Notes under the pieces: model-generated
What the model saw: the letters and a program-made list of their open reading frames with translations, nothing else
Databases searched by the model: none
Told to the model about the DNA's origin: nothing
Program-made: the position numbers and the translations under genes
Assembly (NCBI GenBank): GCA_040755855.1
Contig: JBFMAD010000005.1
Coordinates: forward strand, 32,001-96,000
Reading direction: 5' to 3'
From: Planctomycetota bacterium
GTDB lineage: Bacteria > Planctomycetota > Brocadiia > JAADGH01
DNA: 64,000 bases
Shown: positions 60,811 to 64,000 of the stretch, one piece after another
How positions within the stretch are numbered: the stretch's first letter is position 1
Layout of the letters: the number at the start of each line of letters is the position of its first letter

Positions 60811-61650
60811 CTATGCCTTGTGTTTCTTCTCCTCCCTAAACCTGCTCGGCGGCGCACCCGTTTCGCGCGCAAACAGGCGAGAGAAGTAGAACGGGTCGGT
60901 ATACCCCGACGAGAATGCGACCTCGGCCACGGACAGGTCGGTCTCCGCAAGAAGGCGCTTCGCATGGGCCATTCGCAGGTCCGTGAGGACCTCGATCGGG
61001 CTTCTGCCCAGATTCTTCTTGAAATGCAGGAACAGGGACGACCGCGACACCTTCAACACGCGACAGATCTGCTCGATGTTCATCCCCGTGCTTACCTCGC
61101 GCTCCATCAGCATCCGCGCCCGCTCGACCAGTGATCCCTCCTCGGCCGGAACAGGGTGTGCGAACTGACAAAGAGGAGGCAGCTCATGCAGGAGGGACAG
61201 TGCACGAAAGTCGGTGGTGTCCGTGTATCCCTTTGCAAGGTCCATGAGTTCCTCAACGATTTTCCGCACTCGGTCAGGGTCACACGCGTGGAAGTGCAAT
61301 CGGTCGCGGGCGAACCCCAACGCCTTCATGTACTCCGCCGCCAGGGGCCCGATAACGCGAATCCAATGCAGGTCCACGTTCTCGCCGTCTTCCAACGGCT
61401 CCGACCGGAACATAAACCGCACTCCCGGCCAGATGGCAAACATATCCCCTGCCGCCATGTGCGCCGAGATGCTCGGCTCCGCCTCCAGGTACACCCGGCC
61501 GGCGGCGATCACATGCAGGCAATACCAATCCCACGTGATGTTCATCGTCACACGTCGGCAGTCTCTGCGCCCGACGGCCTCCGGCCAGAATCCAGCCCAG
61601 CTGCCGGGGTGTTTCGTCGGCCACGGGAGGAAAATGTTTTCTTTGCTCAT
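60811..61650 (-). CDS. AraC-family transcriptional regulator
   Basis: N-terminal cupin-like region; VAFSSGYTDPFYFSRLFARETG.PPS.FR. Confidence 0.92.
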   Translation of the reverse strand: MSKENIFLPWPTKHPGSWAGFWPEAVGRRDCRRVTMNITWDWYCLHVIAAGRVYLEAEPSISAHMAAGDMFAIWPGVRFMFRSEPLEDGENVDLHWIRVIGPLAAEYMKALGFARDRLHFHACDPDRVRKIVEELMDLAKGYTDTTDFRALSLLHELPPLCQFAHPVPAEEGSLVERARMLMEREVSTGMNIEQICRVLKVSRSSLFLHFKKNLGRSPIEVLTDLRMAHAKRLLAETDLSVAEVAFSSGYTDPFYFSRLFARETGAPPSRFREEKKHKA

Positions 61651-61808
61651 GGCCCACTCATCTTCAACAATTATCCATCCCGATTCAACAAGAAGAATGT
61701 TGTCAGACGGCGCGTAGGGCGATATACTATATGAACAGTAAACAAATACGCATGTTACCCGTCTCTGTCAAGTGATAATTTTGCGGTTGCCCCATGAGGA
61801 GTTCCGAG

Positions 61809-64000
61809 ATGCCCGAATCGCTTCGCACATCGCTTGAGACCATCGAAGCCTGTCCCCGACCTGCTGTTCGTCTCGACGGCCGCGAGTTGACGCCGCGGAT
61901 TCAGCGCCTCCGCGAGCTGGCCCTGTCCTGGGCCAACGAGCCTGATCCCACCGAGCGCGGCTGGGCCGTCATGCGCAGCTATGACGAGACCGTCGGCCAG
62001 CCGATCATCGTCCGCCGTGCGAAGGCCGTCGCCGCGTTCCTGATGAGCGAGACCTTGCAACTCGACGAGGGCGACTTCCTCGCGGGTAAGGTTCGCCGCC
62101 AAATCCCCGGTCACCGAGGCATCCACGAGGGACACAACTGGGTCAACGCCGCCGGCTATCCCGACCTCTGGTGGCGCCCCGGCCCGCTGGCCCTCAAGGG
62201 CGCGCCGGTCTCGGAGGAATTCCTGGCATATATGAGACAGTGGGTGACTCGACACCCAGGCATTCAGCAGGACTTTAATGCACAGCGTCCGGTGGAAACC
62301 CAGCGCGACATGGCCGCCGGACTTTTCGCCGCCCATGGATTCGACGGCAACCACCGTCTGCCGCGTTACCAGCTTCTCCTCGACCGTGGGTGCGAAAGCC
62401 TGAAATATGAGGCCCTCGACCGGATGGCGAAGGCCCCGTCCGACCAACGTGACTTTTACGAAGCCCTGGTCATTGCCTACGATGCGGTCATGGCCTACGG
62501 GAAGCGATGGGAGACCCGATTAAACGAACTGGCCGAGGCTGAACCCGATGAGACCCGCCGCATGGAACTCCGGCAGATGGCCGAGCACTGCGGCTGGGCC
62601 TTGGCCAAGCCGGCCCGGACATTCTGGGAGGCGATTCAGACCGTCTGGCTCGGCGTGTGCATCAATCAGGCCGAGTGCACCGGCTCGGCGGGGAGCATCG
62701 GACGCCTCGACCAATACCTGTATCCCTACTACAAGGCAGACATCGAGGCGGGGCGGATCACCCGCGAGAGAGCGCTCGAATTGATCGAGGTATTCTGGCT
62801 CAAGTGCTATCGCACCTTCGACTTCCACCACACCACCCTCGGCGGCCAGACGCCGGACGGCAGGGACGCGACCAACGAGTTGTCGTACCTCTGCCTCGAC
62901 GCCGTGGCCGCCCTGCGCACGCCGCGCGACGTCGCCGTCCGCATCCACCGGAACACGCCGCCCGCGTTCCTGCGCCGGGCTGTGGAGGTCGCGGCCCTTG
63001 GCCTCGGTCGGCCGGATTTCTGGTGCGACGAGATTACCATCGAGTCCCTTGTGAAGAAGGGCATCCCCATCAAGGACGCACGCGACTACGCCCCCATCGG
63101 CTGCGTCGAGATGACCATCCCCGGCAAGTGCAACAGCCGGACGATGGGCCACGCAATCAACCTGTCGAAGATACTGGAGGTGACACTGAACGGCGGGCGA
63201 TGCGCCCTGACCGGTAAGCGGGCGGGATTGGATAACGAAATCGCCTTTCCGACCTACGAATCCCTGCACGCGGCGTATCGCAGGCAGGTGGCCAATGCCA
63301 TCCGTCTCGCCATCGAGGAGAACTTCCGCGCCTATGCCATCCAGCGCGAGCAGATGCCCATGCCGCTCCTCAGCGCCTTCACCATCGGGTGCATGGAGTC
63401 GGGCCGGGATGTGATGGACGGCGGAGCGGTGTATAACCCCGCGGGTGTGAACCTGTTCACCGTGGCGAATGTCGCCGACTCCCTGGCAGCGATAAGAAAG
63501 TTGGTCTATGATGAGAAACGTCTGACGCTCGACGACTTGCGCGACGCGCTGCGCACGAACTTCGAAGGCCGCGAGGACCTCCGCCAGATGCTCCTCTCCG
63601 CCGCCCCGAAGTTCGGCAACGACGATCCCTACGTTGACGCTATTGCCGCCGAGGAGGTGGCCTTCTACTGCGACGAGGTGGACCGCTACCCCACCCCGGA
63701 GGGCGGCCGCCACTGGCCCCTACTCTTCGGCACGACCACGCAATCCATCTACCAGTTCGGCCCTAAGACCGGGGCCTCCGCCGATGGACGACGGGCGAAG
63801 GAAATCCTCGCAACGAGCGTCAACCCAATGAGCGGGCGGAACACATCCGGCCTCACGGCCGAACTGAACTCGGTCTCACGAATTGATTACACCAAGGCCG
63901 CCGGGGGATGTTCCTACATCACCGACATCCATCCCACCGTCATTGACGGCGACGAGTGCATGGACAAGATGTGCGCCGCGCTCCGGGCCTTCTTCGAGCG
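61809..64000 (+). CDS. Glycyl radical enzyme, PFL2/dehydratase-type (3' truncated; absent from the ORF track)
   Basis: RBS GAGGAG, ATG at 61809; in-frame motifs SIGRLDQYLYPYY, TLGGQT.DG.DATNELS, DYAPIGCVE (63099-63110), PKFGNDD, GASADGR; runs off the window end. Confidence 0.9.
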   Translation, partial: MPESLRTSLETIEACPRPAVRLDGRELTPRIQRLRELALSWANEPDPTERGWAVMRSYDETVGQPIIVRRAKAVAAFLMSETLQLDEGDFLAGKVRRQIPGHRGIHEGHNWVNAAGYPDLWWRPGPLALKGAPVSEEFLAYMRQWVTRHPGIQQDFNAQRPVETQRDMAAGLFAAHGFDGNHRLPRYQLLLDRGCESLKYEALDRMAKAPSDQRDFYEALVIAYDAVMAYGKRWETRLNELAEAEPDETRRMELRQMAEHCGWALAKPARTFWEAIQTVWLGVCINQAECTGSAGSIGRLDQYLYPYYKADIEAGRITRERALELIEVFWLKCYRTFDFHHTTLGGQTPDGRDATNELSYLCLDAVAALRTPRDVAVRIHRNTPPAFLRRAVEVAALGLGRPDFWCDEITIESLVKKGIPIKDARDYAPIGCVEMTIPGKCNSRTMGHAINLSKILEVTLNGGRCALTGKRAGLDNEIAFPTYESLHAAYRRQVANAIRLAIEENFRAYAIQREQMPMPLLSAFTIGCMESGRDVMDGGAVYNPAGVNLFTVANVADSLAAIRKLVYDEKRLTLDDLRDALRTNFEGREDLRQMLLSAAPKFGNDDPYVDAIAAEEVAFYCDEVDRYPTPEGGRHWPLLFGTTTQSIYQFGPKTGASADGRRAKEILATSVNPMSGRNTSGLTAELNSVSRIDYTKAAGGCSYITDIHPTVIDGDECMDKMCAALRAFFE

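Noticed and set aside
50503..61700. Genomic island integrated at tRNA-Val
   Set aside because: Composition looks somewhat different, but the region lies at the tRNA 5' side. No integrase or tRNA-end direct repeat was found.
61755..63713. Minus-strand ORFs of 230 and 397 aa
   Set aside because: Antisense shadows of the plus-strand glycyl radical enzyme.

Overview
GC-rich bacterial chromosome segment, almost certainly Planctomycetota (PVC superphylum). It encodes the PVC signature small basic protein and several planctomycete-type secreted proteins. A glycyl radical enzyme and a DUF362 Fe-S protein suggest anaerobic metabolism. Core genes: partial mcsB, clpC, mlaEFD-like ABC transporter, radA, leuS, xerD, tRNA-Ser(GCT) and tRNA-Val(TAC). 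Most notable: (1) an AT-richer, translationally coupled two-gene cassette (82-aa unknown plus a divergent RelA/SpoT small-alarmone-synthetase-like protein) next to leuS, a candidate toxSAS-like toxin-antitoxin or defence system; (2) a ~14-kb atypical type II FAS/PKS-like cluster (two FabZ, B12 radical SAM, FabG, a long ACP, a degenerate plus a complete KS, two methyltransferases, Fe-S protein, DUF1571, enolase-superfamily enzyme, three hydrolases), probably making an unusual lipid; (3) an AraC-divergent eliminase-type glycyl radical enzyme missing from the ORF track, near a sulfatase-fold protein with Thr at the formylglycine position. All family calls come from motif reading by eye, not database searches.
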